A stretch of 56,225 nt of DNA, from the IMG/VR virus record IMGVR_UViG_3300044614_000423, positions 1 through 56,225 of that record; one strand, written 5' to 3'. Under the pieces are notes generated by a model that did no database searches, was not told the origin of the DNA, and saw only the letters and a list, made by a program, of their open reading frames with translations. Made by a program: the position numbers and the translations under genes. Source of the DNA: a virus. Lineage: Duplodnaviria > Caudoviricetes. Positions within the stretch are counted from its first letter, which is position 1. Every line of letters starts with the position of its first letter. Positions 47,961-56,225 of the stretch are shown here, piece after piece.

Positions 47961-49167
47961 CTACGCCGACATACTTGACGATCTCAAAGCGTCACTCCAA
48001 CCCGCCGATGTTCTCACGCTGTTCGCCGGATTGCGCAACGCTATGCCAGTGTACGCCGCACTGGGAGCCACGGGCACGAATGAGGGTCACGATGAGGAGC
48101 TGGCCAGACGCCGTGGACCGCGCACCATGCCAGCACCGCCGCCCATCGACCCTGAGGAGTCCAATCGCCGTGCGAAGATGGACTTCGAGATGCAGTACCC
48201 CGATCCTCGCATTCGCGAACTGTTGATCGCCGAAATGCTCAAGCAGTCACGCGACCCGTACAGCCCGACGACCGCTACACGCCGCCGCGATTTTGAGGTA
48301 GCGCCGATGTCGGCCCCGCAGTTCATGGGTGCCGCACCGAAGAAGAGGAAATTCGCCAATGGTGGCGCGATCGATTTTTCCACGCCCGATATGGCCGACG
48401 GTGGACGATTCATTCCCACCGCACAGCCGTTTAACAAGGGCGGTGCGGCGAAAAAGACGCTGGACCAGATGGCGGCGGAGATGATGCAAAAAGGCGTCAA
48501 GCTCGAATCGCCCGCACGTCGTGGATTTCTCGGCCTTGGTAAGGCGGCGGATTTCCCACTCGCCAAACTGGATACTAAGGCACTGGAGAAGATGCAGTCC
48601 GAGATGAAAGGCGCACCGGCCATCACTGAGAAATCTGTAACCATCGACCCCGGCAAAGGCGCGGCAAAGTCCACGCTAAAGTCGGTGAGCGAAACACCAA
48701 TGACGCGGCGTGAAGTCCTGCAATCGGCGGCGGGTCAGGCGATGCGCGGCATGTTGCCCGATCTCGGTGGTTTGAGTGCTCTTGGTAATGTGGCCAAAGT
48801 CGCAGAGTCTGTGGCCCCACAAGCGTATGAAGCGTCAGCGATCCCGGGCCTCATGGCCGCATTGATGCGTACCGGTATGTCACCCGACGAAGCTGGCGCG
48901 ATGGTAGAAAAGCTCATCCCTAAAGCACCACAGGGTTGGCCGACGATGGTGGGCGATCGGATTAAAGCACCAGCCGAGAATATGCCGCACGTCGGGCAAG
49001 ACACGCCGCTAATGTCGATATTTGGCGAGATGGTGCGCCCCGCGTTCCAGAATGGACCATTCAGCATCCGACCCGAAATGCGTGACCTTCGTCGTCTAAG
49101 TCCTGAGGATTACGCCGCAATAAAAGAAACGGCACGCGACATCAAGCAATATGGTCACGAGAACTAA
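47950..49167 (+). CDS. Hypothetical protein with three xxGG motifs and RRxFL motif
   Basis: 405 aa between terL and portal; FANGG, MADGG, FNKGG. Confidence 0.8.
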   Translation: MPNNYADILDDLKASLQPADVLTLFAGLRNAMPVYAALGATGTNEGHDEELARRRGPRTMPAPPPIDPEESNRRAKMDFEMQYPDPRIRELLIAEMLKQSRDPYSPTTATRRRDFEVAPMSAPQFMGAAPKKRKFANGGAIDFSTPDMADGGRFIPTAQPFNKGGAAKKTLDQMAAEMMQKGVKLESPARRGFLGLGKAADFPLAKLDTKALEKMQSEMKGAPAITEKSVTIDPGKGAAKSTLKSVSETPMTRREVLQSAAGQAMRGMLPDLGGLSALGNVAKVAESVAPQAYEASAIPGLMAALMRTGMSPDEAGAMVEKLIPKAPQGWPTMVGDRIKAPAENMPHVGQDTPLMSIFGEMVRPAFQNGPFSIRPEMRDLRRLSPEDYAAIKETARDIKQYGHEN

Positions 49168-49199
49168 GCCGTGTTAAAATCGCATATTAAAGGCTGACT

Positions 49200-51698
49200 A
49201 TGGCAACTGAATTCCCACAACCGCAGATGGAAGCACCCGCAGGTCCTGAGGACACGGCGGGCATGGTGTTCGACCTCGACATGGAGGACCCCTACGCGGA
49301 AGTGGAAGAGCAACCGGACGGGTCCGCTATCGTCCGCATGGACGAATTCAAAGGGCCGAACGAGGACCAAGACTTTTACGCGAATTTGGCCGACGAGCTG
49401 GACCCTTGGAAGCTCGACAAGCTTGCGATGCACTACCTCGACTTGATCGAGAAGGACAAAGAGGCACGCAAAGAGCGCGACAAGCAGTACGAAGAGGGAC
49501 TCAAACGCACGGGCCTTGGGCATGACGCTCCCGGTGGTGCGCAGTTCCAAGGTGCATCGAAAGTCGTGCACCCAGTCATGGCTGAGGCCTGTATTGATTT
49601 TGAGTCGCGTGCTATTAAGGAGCTGTTCCCACCAGACGGCCCAGTGCGTACGAACATTTTGGGCGACGTCACCGAAGAGGAAACGAAACGGGCCGAGCGC
49701 AAACGCGACTTCATGAACTGGCAACTCACCGAGCAGATCGAGGAATTCCGCGACGAGCAGGAGCAGATGTTGACCCAGTTGCCGCTCGGCGGCTCGCAGT
49801 TCATGAAGCTCTGGTACGACGATCGCAAGAAGAGACCTTGCGCGGAGTTTGTGCCGATTGACAACATCCTACTGCCTTTCTCCGCTGGTAATTTTTACAC
49901 TGCACAACGTGTGACTGAGGTGCAAGACATCACCCAGCAGGAATTCGAGTCGCGTATGTCGTCGGGTCTGTATCGCGACGTCACCTTCACTCGCGCCAGC
50001 ATGGAACCCGAGCCAACGTCTCCCGAGAAGGCGAATAACAAGATCGAGGGTAGACAGTGGAGTGACGACACCGATGGACTGCGTCGTGTGTACCACATTT
50101 ACGCGTTTATCGCTGAAGAAGATGATTCGCACTCTAAAGGCGAATTGGCTCCTTACATTTTGATGATCGACGAGAACAACACGGAAGTCGTCGGCATGTA
50201 CCGGAACTGGGAGCAGGGCGATGAAGCTATGGCGAAGCTCGATCATATCATCGAATTCAAGTTCATCCCATGGCGTGGTGCGTACGCTATTGGACTGCCT
50301 CATCTCATTGGTGGTCTTTCTGCCGCTATTACCGGTGGTCTGCGTGCTCTACTGGACACAGCACACATTAACAACGCCGCTACGATGCTCAAGATCAAGG
50401 GCGCAAAGATCTCTGGACAGTCACAGAATGTTGAAGTGACGCAAATCACCGAGATCGAAGGTGCTCCGGGCGTTGACGATATTCGCAAAATCGCAATGCC
50501 AATGCCTTTTAACCCGCCGAGCGAAGTGCTCTTCAAGCTCGTGGGCTTCCTGACGGATGCCGCGAAGGGTGTGGTGACTACTTCCGAGGAGAAAATCGCG
50601 GAGTTGAATGCCAACACGCCAGTCGGCACTACTCAGGCGTTGATCGAACAGGGTTCGAAAGTATTCTCAGCGATTCACGCACGACTTCACGACTCTCAAT
50701 CGCGTGTCTTGAAGGTACTCCAGCGCATCAATCGCTGGTACTTGGAAGAGATGCGAATGGGCGATATAGTCCAAGAGCTGGACATCCGACGCGAAGACTT
50801 CAATCGAAACACCGACGTGATACCGGTGAGCGATCCGCACATATTCTCCGAGACTCAGCGGATGGCGCAAACACAGGCTGTGATGGCCTACATGGACAAG
50901 TACCCCGATCTCTTCGATCGTCGGGCGGTCGTCCAGCGTGCGTTGAAGCAGATGAAAATACCGAACGTGCAGGAATTGATGCCCGCAACGGCCGAGCCGA
51001 TGGAGATTAATGCGGCAGAAGAGAATGCGGCGATGTCGATTGGGCGTGCCGCGTTTGCGTACCCACATCAGAACCAGCTGGCGCATATTCAAAGTCACCT
51101 CGATTTCGCGCTGAACCCGATGCTGGGGTCCAATCCGATTATCGCGCCAGCGTTCTTGCCCGCTTTCCTCGAGCACTTTAAGCAACACTTGATGCTCTGG
51201 TATCTCGGCCACATGAACGGCTATGTCGAGGAATCGCTTGGCCGTCCCGTGAAGGACTACGACATTGCGGGAATAACCGGCGAGATCGACAAGCTGTACG
51301 CGTTGGCCTCTCAGCACACCCAGATGGACGCGAAAGAGGCGTTTGCGAAGGTTATGCCCGCAATGCAACAGATCTTGGAGACTGTGCAAAAGCTCAAACC
51401 ACAGCCACAGATGGATGGATCGGATCAGGTGATCCTCCAGACATCAATGGCCGAGACCAAACGACGTGCAGAGCGCGACGCGAAAGAACTGGCGTTGCAA
51501 GAAGAGCGTCTGAAAAACGACGCACTGAGCAAAAACCGCGAACAGCAGATCAAGATCGCGCTGAACGCATCGGACAACTTGACCGAAGAACGGATCAAGA
51601 CTGCAGAATTGACGCAAGACGCGGCAGTTCTGAAGAGCGAGCAGGAGCAAACTGCATTGGCCGCGCAAGAGAGCGCACAACGAACTTTAGGAGTGTAA
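49200..51698 (+). CDS. Portal protein
   Basis: 832 aa after terL; HPVMAEAC, LPLGGS.FMK, PVGTTQALIEQG, IHARLH; helical C-terminal extension. Confidence 0.85.
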   Translation: MATEFPQPQMEAPAGPEDTAGMVFDLDMEDPYAEVEEQPDGSAIVRMDEFKGPNEDQDFYANLADELDPWKLDKLAMHYLDLIEKDKEARKERDKQYEEGLKRTGLGHDAPGGAQFQGASKVVHPVMAEACIDFESRAIKELFPPDGPVRTNILGDVTEEETKRAERKRDFMNWQLTEQIEEFRDEQEQMLTQLPLGGSQFMKLWYDDRKKRPCAEFVPIDNILLPFSAGNFYTAQRVTEVQDITQQEFESRMSSGLYRDVTFTRASMEPEPTSPEKANNKIEGRQWSDDTDGLRRVYHIYAFIAEEDDSHSKGELAPYILMIDENNTEVVGMYRNWEQGDEAMAKLDHIIEFKFIPWRGAYAIGLPHLIGGLSAAITGGLRALLDTAHINNAATMLKIKGAKISGQSQNVEVTQITEIEGAPGVDDIRKIAMPMPFNPPSEVLFKLVGFLTDAAKGVVTTSEEKIAELNANTPVGTTQALIEQGSKVFSAIHARLHDSQSRVLKVLQRINRWYLEEMRMGDIVQELDIRREDFNRNTDVIPVSDPHIFSETQRMAQTQAVMAYMDKYPDLFDRRAVVQRALKQMKIPNVQELMPATAEPMEINAAEENAAMSIGRAAFAYPHQNQLAHIQSHLDFALNPMLGSNPIIAPAFLPAFLEHFKQHLMLWYLGHMNGYVEESLGRPVKDYDIAGITGEIDKLYALASQHTQMDAKEAFAKVMPAMQQILETVQKLKPQPQMDGSDQVILQTSMAETKRRAERDAKELALQEERLKNDALSKNREQQIKIALNASDNLTEERIKTAELTQDAAVLKSEQEQTALAAQESAQRTLGV

Positions 51699-51699
51699 C

Positions 51700-51867
51700 A
51701 TGGCTACTAGTGATCAAGAACAGATGGGCATCAACGTACCTTACCACAAGCGAATGGCCATGGGCGCGAAGCTCGACGGTTCCTCGCTTGGTGCAAAAGA
51801 ACCCGCGAAGACGCCCAGTGCGCCCAAGCGTGGCGGCGGTGCATTAGCGCAAGCTAAAAAGAAATAA
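51700..51867 (+). CDS. 55-aa basic peptide
   Basis: AGGAG RBS; MATSDQEQMGINVPYHKRMAMGAK...PKRGGGALAQAKKK*; below the ORF-track cutoff. Confidence 0.65.
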   Translation: MATSDQEQMGINVPYHKRMAMGAKLDGSSLGAKEPAKTPSAPKRGGGALAQAKKK

Positions 51868-52052
51868 TGCGATACGTCAGTGACCTCATTGGTGCTATTG
51901 AGGTCCGCAAATCGGCGATCGCGCAGTCATTGGTGAACGGCAATGCCGTCACTTTTGAGGCCTACCAACGCTTAGTTGGCCAGCACCAAGGGCTTGAAGA
52001 AGCTCTGGTAATTTTAAACGACCTTTTAAATGAGGAAGATGATAATGAGTGA
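51867..52052 (+). CDS. Small helical hypothetical protein
   Basis: TAATG coupling; YQRLVG..GLEEA. Confidence 0.75.
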   Translation: MRYVSDLIGAIEVRKSAIAQSLVNGNAVTFEAYQRLVGQHQGLEEALVILNDLLNEEDDNE

Positions 52053-52479
52053 CACACAACCGGAAGCTTCGAATGAAGCCGCGTTGCGGGAAGCATTTCC
52101 AGCAGTTGATCCCGGTGCTTTGCCTGTAGGTGGACGTATTCTCGTGCAATGGAGAGCCGTTGCAGAGAAACTGACGAAATCAGGCTTAATACTACCAGAA
52201 GAAACGAAGGAAACAGAGAAGTGGAACACGCAAGTCGCGAAAGTGATTATGCTTGGCCCACTGGCTTTCAAGAAGCGCGACACGATGGAGCCATGGCCCG
52301 AGGGCAACTGGATATCCGTCGGAGACTATGTTCGCATGCCAAAATGGGGCGGAGACCGTTGGGAAGTACCTTTCACAATCGACGGACTCGAAGGAAAAGC
52401 CCTTTTTAGTATTTTTAATGATCACGAAGTAATTGCCAAAGTTACGTGTGACCCCTTGAAAGTGAAAGCCTTCTTATGA
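52045..52479 (+). CDS. GroES-like co-chaperonin
   Basis: PVGGRILV..TKSGLILP..VGDYV..KWGG..NDHEVIA. Confidence 0.8.
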   Translation: MSDTQPEASNEAALREAFPAVDPGALPVGGRILVQWRAVAEKLTKSGLILPEETKETEKWNTQVAKVIMLGPLAFKKRDTMEPWPEGNWISVGDYVRMPKWGGDRWEVPFTIDGLEGKALFSIFNDHEVIAKVTCDPLKVKAFL

Positions 52480-53471
52480 CCCCTAATGATAAACTCGATT
52501 TGCAACTTGCGGAAGAACCCGATGGGTCCGCAACGGTGTCTTTGCCCGATGGCGAAGCACCGAATACCGCCGACAATGGCGACGAAGGTCTTCGGACCGG
52601 TGGTCGCGTTGACGCGGATGACGGCGACGATGATGATAATCCCGCCGATAATATACCTCACGCCGATCCCGAGCGCGAAGCTATTCGACTGGCCCGTCGC
52701 GAAGAGCGACAGCTCAAGAAGAAGCTTCAGAAGGCCAAGGCGAATGAGTCGAACCATCTGATCACATCGCTGAAACGTCAGAATGACCACATGGCTGAAC
52801 GCCTTGCGGTTCTGGAAAAGCGCACGGCCGGTTCGGACCTTGCTCGACTGGACAAAGCGATCGAAGACGGTAATTTGCGACTTCAGTACGCCAAGATGAA
52901 GGTGAAAGAGGCCACCGAGATGGCTGACGGCACTTCCGTCGTCGAGGCGCAAGAGGCGTGGTATGAAGCCCGCCGCCAAGTGGAGGCACTCGAAGCACTC
53001 AAGAAGCGTGCTGTAGCCTCCGAACCCTCCCGTAATTCTGTACCCCAAGCTCCGGACCCTCTCCTGAAGCGTCACGCTTCGGACTGGATGGCTCGAAACG
53101 ATTGGTACGACCCGAACGGCAAGGACATGGACTCTCAAGTCGCCACTAAGGTGGACGAGGCACTCGTGGCCGACGGCTGGGATCCGAAGACTGCCGAGTA
53201 CTGGGAAGAATTAGATAATAGATTGACAAAATACCTGCCGCACCGTTATAATAGCGGCAACGACAATCAGTCGTCAAATCGGAGACCTCGCACCGTGGTA
53301 ACAAGTTCAGGCCGTGAATCACAATCGACAGCTCGTGGAAACGAGTTCCGGTTGTCTCCTGAGCGAGTCCGCGCCATCAAGGAAGCCGGTAGATGGGACA
53401 ACATCACCGAGCGTAACAAGATGATTCGTAAATACGCGGAATATGACCGCATGAATGTGAACAAGGGGTAA
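52476..53471 (+). CDS. Putative scaffolding protein
   Basis: Acidic N-terminus, long coiled coil, upstream of the capsid genes. Confidence 0.65.
   Translation: MTPNDKLDLQLAEEPDGSATVSLPDGEAPNTADNGDEGLRTGGRVDADDGDDDDNPADNIPHADPEREAIRLARREERQLKKKLQKAKANESNHLITSLKRQNDHMAERLAVLEKRTAGSDLARLDKAIEDGNLRLQYAKMKVKEATEMADGTSVVEAQEAWYEARRQVEALEALKKRAVASEPSRNSVPQAPDPLLKRHASDWMARNDWYDPNGKDMDSQVATKVDEALVADGWDPKTAEYWEELDNRLTKYLPHRYNSGNDNQSSNRRPRTVVTSSGRESQSTARGNEFRLSPERVRAIKEAGRWDNITERNKMIRKYAEYDRMNVNKG
53223..53252 (+). promoter_or_regulatory. Intragenic sigma70 promoter upstream of capsid genes
   Basis: TTGACA-N18-TATAAT inside the scaffold gene. Confidence 0.6.
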
Positions 53472-53476
53472 AGATT

Positions 53477-54016
53477 ATGAGAGATGACCGATTGAAAAAA
53501 GACCTTTCAGGTGGTGGCCGTGAATCCCGCGCACAGCAGGATAGTGAACGCGGTTCAGCAACTGAGAAACTGGCGAGCGCGCAAGAACGTCGTAGGATGT
53601 TCAGTTCGGAATGGATTCAAGAGTCCCTTCCAAAACCTCCGGATATTCCGGGATTTCACGTATGTTGGCTTTCAACGACCAATGGGTACGACCCTATCCA
53701 CAAGCGAATTCGCATGGGTTACGAACCAGTAAGGATTGAAGAGGTTCCGGGCTTTGAGAACTACAAAGTTAAAGCCGGTGAGCACACTGGATTCGTTGCT
53801 TGCAATGAAATGTTGCTCTACAAGTTGCCTGAGGAAGTTTATCAGGACATCATGGCAGAGTTGCATCATCATGCTCCTCAGGATGAAGCGGACAAAATTC
53901 GCGTTCAGGCTGAGCAGACGATGGGGCGAGACAGTAATGGCAGGCGTCTTGGTCAGATTGAAGGTGAAGGCATCAGTGAACTTGATAAACCTATGCCCAT
54001 CCCCGTGTTCCGGTGA
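53477..54016 (+). CDS. Conserved head-module protein
   Basis: 179 aa; PGFHVCW..GYEPV..LLYKLPEE. Confidence 0.75.
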   Translation: MRDDRLKKDLSGGGRESRAQQDSERGSATEKLASAQERRRMFSSEWIQESLPKPPDIPGFHVCWLSTTNGYDPIHKRIRMGYEPVRIEEVPGFENYKVKAGEHTGFVACNEMLLYKLPEEVYQDIMAELHHHAPQDEADKIRVQAEQTMGRDSNGRRLGQIEGEGISELDKPMPIPVFR

Positions 54017-54048
54017 TGGATTCTGAACCATGATTTGGAGTGACTAAT

Positions 54049-54621
54049 ATGTCTTCAACAAATGCACCGTTCGGTTTGCGCCCCTCGTTCCATCCTTCCG
54101 GTTTGGACCGTGCGGTCGCTTTGACTGACGGTATTCTGTCTGGCTACACCAGCGACATCTTGAAGGGCCAGCCCGTCAAGTTAGCTACCACTGGCCTTTT
54201 GCAAGTCGCCGCCGCTGGCGACGCGTTCTTGGGTGCCTTTGCGGGTGCTCAATGGACCGACACCACCGGCCGTCCTCGTATCAGCAACTATTGGCCCGCC
54301 AATACTGCCTACGTGACTGGCTCGCTTGTGGCTTATTACTACCAAGATCCCGCGATCGTTTATGACATTCAGGCCGACGGCCCATTGGCACAAACTACGT
54401 TGGGTGCACAGTCAGATTTTAGTAATGTGACTGCAGGTTCCACGACCACTGGATTGTCTCAGTGCACAATTAGCACCTCGGTTGTTGCCGCTGGTTCTTC
54501 TGCGCAATTGAAGATTATTGGTTTGACCCCCGGCGTTGATAACGCATGGGGAGATGCATTCACTGTAGTGCAAGTTCAAGTTAATGAGTCGCAGTTCAAT
54601 GCGTCCGTTAACGCTATTTAA
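54049..54621 (+). CDS. Putative capsid decoration/cement protein
   Basis: NAPFGLRP, beta-rich, directly before the major capsid gene. Confidence 0.65.
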   Translation: MSSTNAPFGLRPSFHPSGLDRAVALTDGILSGYTSDILKGQPVKLATTGLLQVAAAGDAFLGAFAGAQWTDTTGRPRISNYWPANTAYVTGSLVAYYYQDPAIVYDIQADGPLAQTTLGAQSDFSNVTAGSTTTGLSQCTISTSVVAAGSSAQLKIIGLTPGVDNAWGDAFTVVQVQVNESQFNASVNAI

Positions 54622-54634
54622 GGAGGACTAAAAA

Positions 54635-55549
54635 ATGGCCGCTCCAATGCGCAGTACCGACTTTCGTAGTATCGTCGAGCCAATTCTGAACGAATGCTTC
54701 GACGGTATCTACGAACAGCGTAAAGATGAATGGTCCCGTGTCTTCCGCGAAGAACAGGGCATTCCCCGTAACTACCATGAAGAACCCGTCTTGTACGGAT
54801 TTGGTGCCGCTCCCCAGTTGCCTGATGGTACTCCCGTCAGCTACCAACAGGGTGGTGTGCTCTTCTTGCAACGCTATGTGTACAATGTGTATGGCCTCGC
54901 TTTCGCATTGACCAAAGTGTTGGTGGAAGACGGCGACCACATTCGTATCGGTCAGGTGTACGCTAAGCATTTGGCTCAATCATTGATTGAGACTAAAGAG
55001 ACTCTGTCCGCAAACGTTTTGAACCGCGCTTTCAACGGTTCTTACGTTGGTGGTGACGGCGTGTCGCTTATCAACACCTCACACCCAATCGTGAATGGTA
55101 CATTCTCTAACCAACTGTCTACAGCCGCAAATCTGTCGCAAACATCGCTTGAGCAGATGTTGATTCAGATTCGCCAAGCAGTGGACAACAACGGCAAGAA
55201 GATCCGTTTGGTGCCCCGCCAGTTGGTGGTCGCCCCCGGCAACATCTTCCAAGCTGAAGTTCTGTTGAAGTCAGTGCTCCGCGCTGGTACAACGAACAAC
55301 GACATCAACCCCGTCAAGTCTATCGGCTTGTTGGACGAAGGTGCCGCAGTCTTGAGCCGTTTGACCAATGCTAACGCATGGTGGGTCCAGACCGATGCTC
55401 CCGAGGGCTTGAAGCTCTTGATGCGTCGTGCATTGGAGAAGACCATGGAAGGTGATTTCGAGACCGACTCGATGCGCTACAAGGCAACTGAGCGTTATCA
55501 AGTGGGCTGGACTGATCCCCGTAGCCTCTACGGTACAGCTGGCGTCTAA
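54635..55549 (+). CDS. Major capsid protein
   Basis: AAGGAGG RBS; DGVSL...HP, PRQLVVAP, YKATERY..GWTDPR..YG. Confidence 0.88.
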   Translation: MAAPMRSTDFRSIVEPILNECFDGIYEQRKDEWSRVFREEQGIPRNYHEEPVLYGFGAAPQLPDGTPVSYQQGGVLFLQRYVYNVYGLAFALTKVLVEDGDHIRIGQVYAKHLAQSLIETKETLSANVLNRAFNGSYVGGDGVSLINTSHPIVNGTFSNQLSTAANLSQTSLEQMLIQIRQAVDNNGKKIRLVPRQLVVAPGNIFQAEVLLKSVLRAGTTNNDINPVKSIGLLDEGAAVLSRLTNANAWWVQTDAPEGLKLLMRRALEKTMEGDFETDSMRYKATERYQVGWTDPRSLYGTAGV

Positions 55550-55558
55550 ACCAATGTG

Positions 55559-55572
55559 GGGGGTTCGCCCCC
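55559..55572 (+). other. UUCG tetraloop hairpin after the capsid gene
   Basis: GGGGG-TTCG-CCCCC without a U tract; possible mRNA stabiliser or attenuator. Confidence 0.55.
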
Positions 55573-55594
55573 TGCTTCATTAAGGAGAAAGACA

Positions 55595-56044
55595 ATGGCA
55601 CAAACCTATATTGGTTCTACCCTGCGTGCAGGTTCTACAGCGTTGACTGACACAGTAGATGGCGGTTTCGTCGTCATGATGCAGACAGCTACTGTTACTA
55701 CAGCCTCTGCAGGTACTGCTACTAGCGTTACTGAAGTCCTTCCCGCAGGTTCACAAATCATCAACATCTTTATTGATACGATGGTTGACGAAGTCGTGGG
55801 TGGCGGTACAGCTACAGCAATTGCGGCAACGGTGGGTACAGCGGCGGCGGGCACTCAATATGTGTCTTCTACCGACGTCTTCGCTGGTGGTCGTTTTGTT
55901 CCGTCATTTACCACAGCCCAACTCGCGGCGATGGCGGATATCGGCACGAACATCAACGTCGTCCTCACGGTTGACCCTAACGGCACGATCAGCACTACTC
56001 AAGGCGTTTACCGCTTGACGGTTGTGTATGCTCAGAAACTCTAA
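55595..56044 (+). CDS. Putative capsid-associated protein
   Basis: AAGGAG RBS, ATG 55595; T/A/G-rich beta protein. Confidence 0.7.
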   Translation: MAQTYIGSTLRAGSTALTDTVDGGFVVMMQTATVTTASAGTATSVTEVLPAGSQIINIFIDTMVDEVVGGGTATAIAATVGTAAAGTQYVSSTDVFAGGRFVPSFTTAQLAAMADIGTNINVVLTVDPNGTISTTQGVYRLTVVYAQKL

Positions 56045-56055
56045 GGAGCACAATC

Positions 56056-56225
56056 ATGGGTGAATTCAAGCCGATGGTAAAAATGATGACCACTGAGCCT
56101 TCAGTTACTCTGAAGCTTAAAAAAGGTGGTTCTGCTACTCACAAGCGTATGCACGCTGAGGGTGCTAAAGAGGGCTTCAAACCCGTCAAGAAGATGGACG
56201 GTGGGATGATGGGCAGTATGGCGGG
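56056..56225 (+). CDS. Partial (3' truncated) basic protein with LKKGG/KMDGG motifs
   Basis: AAGGAG RBS; MGEFKPMVKMMTTEPSVTLKLKKGG...KKMDGGMMG runs off the window. Confidence 0.75.
   Translation, partial: MGEFKPMVKMMTTEPSVTLKLKKGGSATHKRMHAEGAKEGFKPVKKMDGGMMGSMA

Noticed and set aside
1-56225. Prophage, integrase, repressor, tRNA, IS or intron/intein
   Set aside because: None recognised by eye; polymerase, helicases and terminase are of normal length. tRNAscan was not run.

Overview
The window is an almost complete genome of an apparently lytic, podovirus-type dsDNA tailed phage. All credible genes are on the + strand, and both window ends fall inside the head-gene cluster, so the sequence is probably circularly permuted. 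Layout: head-completion, tail-fibre, lysis, tail and ejection genes (1-24.3 kb); replication genes (AEP primase, SNF2 and UvrD helicases, SSB-like proteins, family-A polymerase; 24.8-33.5 kb); nucleotide-metabolism and early genes with repeated near-consensus sigma70 promoters (33.5-45.4 kb); terminase, portal, GroES, scaffold and capsid genes (45.9-56.2 kb). The phage carries the full 2-aminoadenine (Z-base) set of dpoZ-like polymerase, purZ, mazZ-like and datZ, so its DNA probably has Z in place of A. Less explained signals: (i) a [FYML]-x-x-G-G peptide motif shared by several unrelated, probably virion-associated proteins, together with a GEYV domain that could bind or cleave it; (ii) an intact Zn-dependent HDAC-family deacetylase next to the Z cluster; (iii) two ~300-bp iteron-rich inverted elements flanking the replication/early module, with a central hairpin that is not inverted; (iv) apparent absence of CCWGG and GCWGC; (v) a conserved leader RNA hairpin and a possible ~55-nt small RNA. 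No integrase, tRNA, CRISPR array or IS was seen. All family calls come from motif recognition by eye, with no database search.
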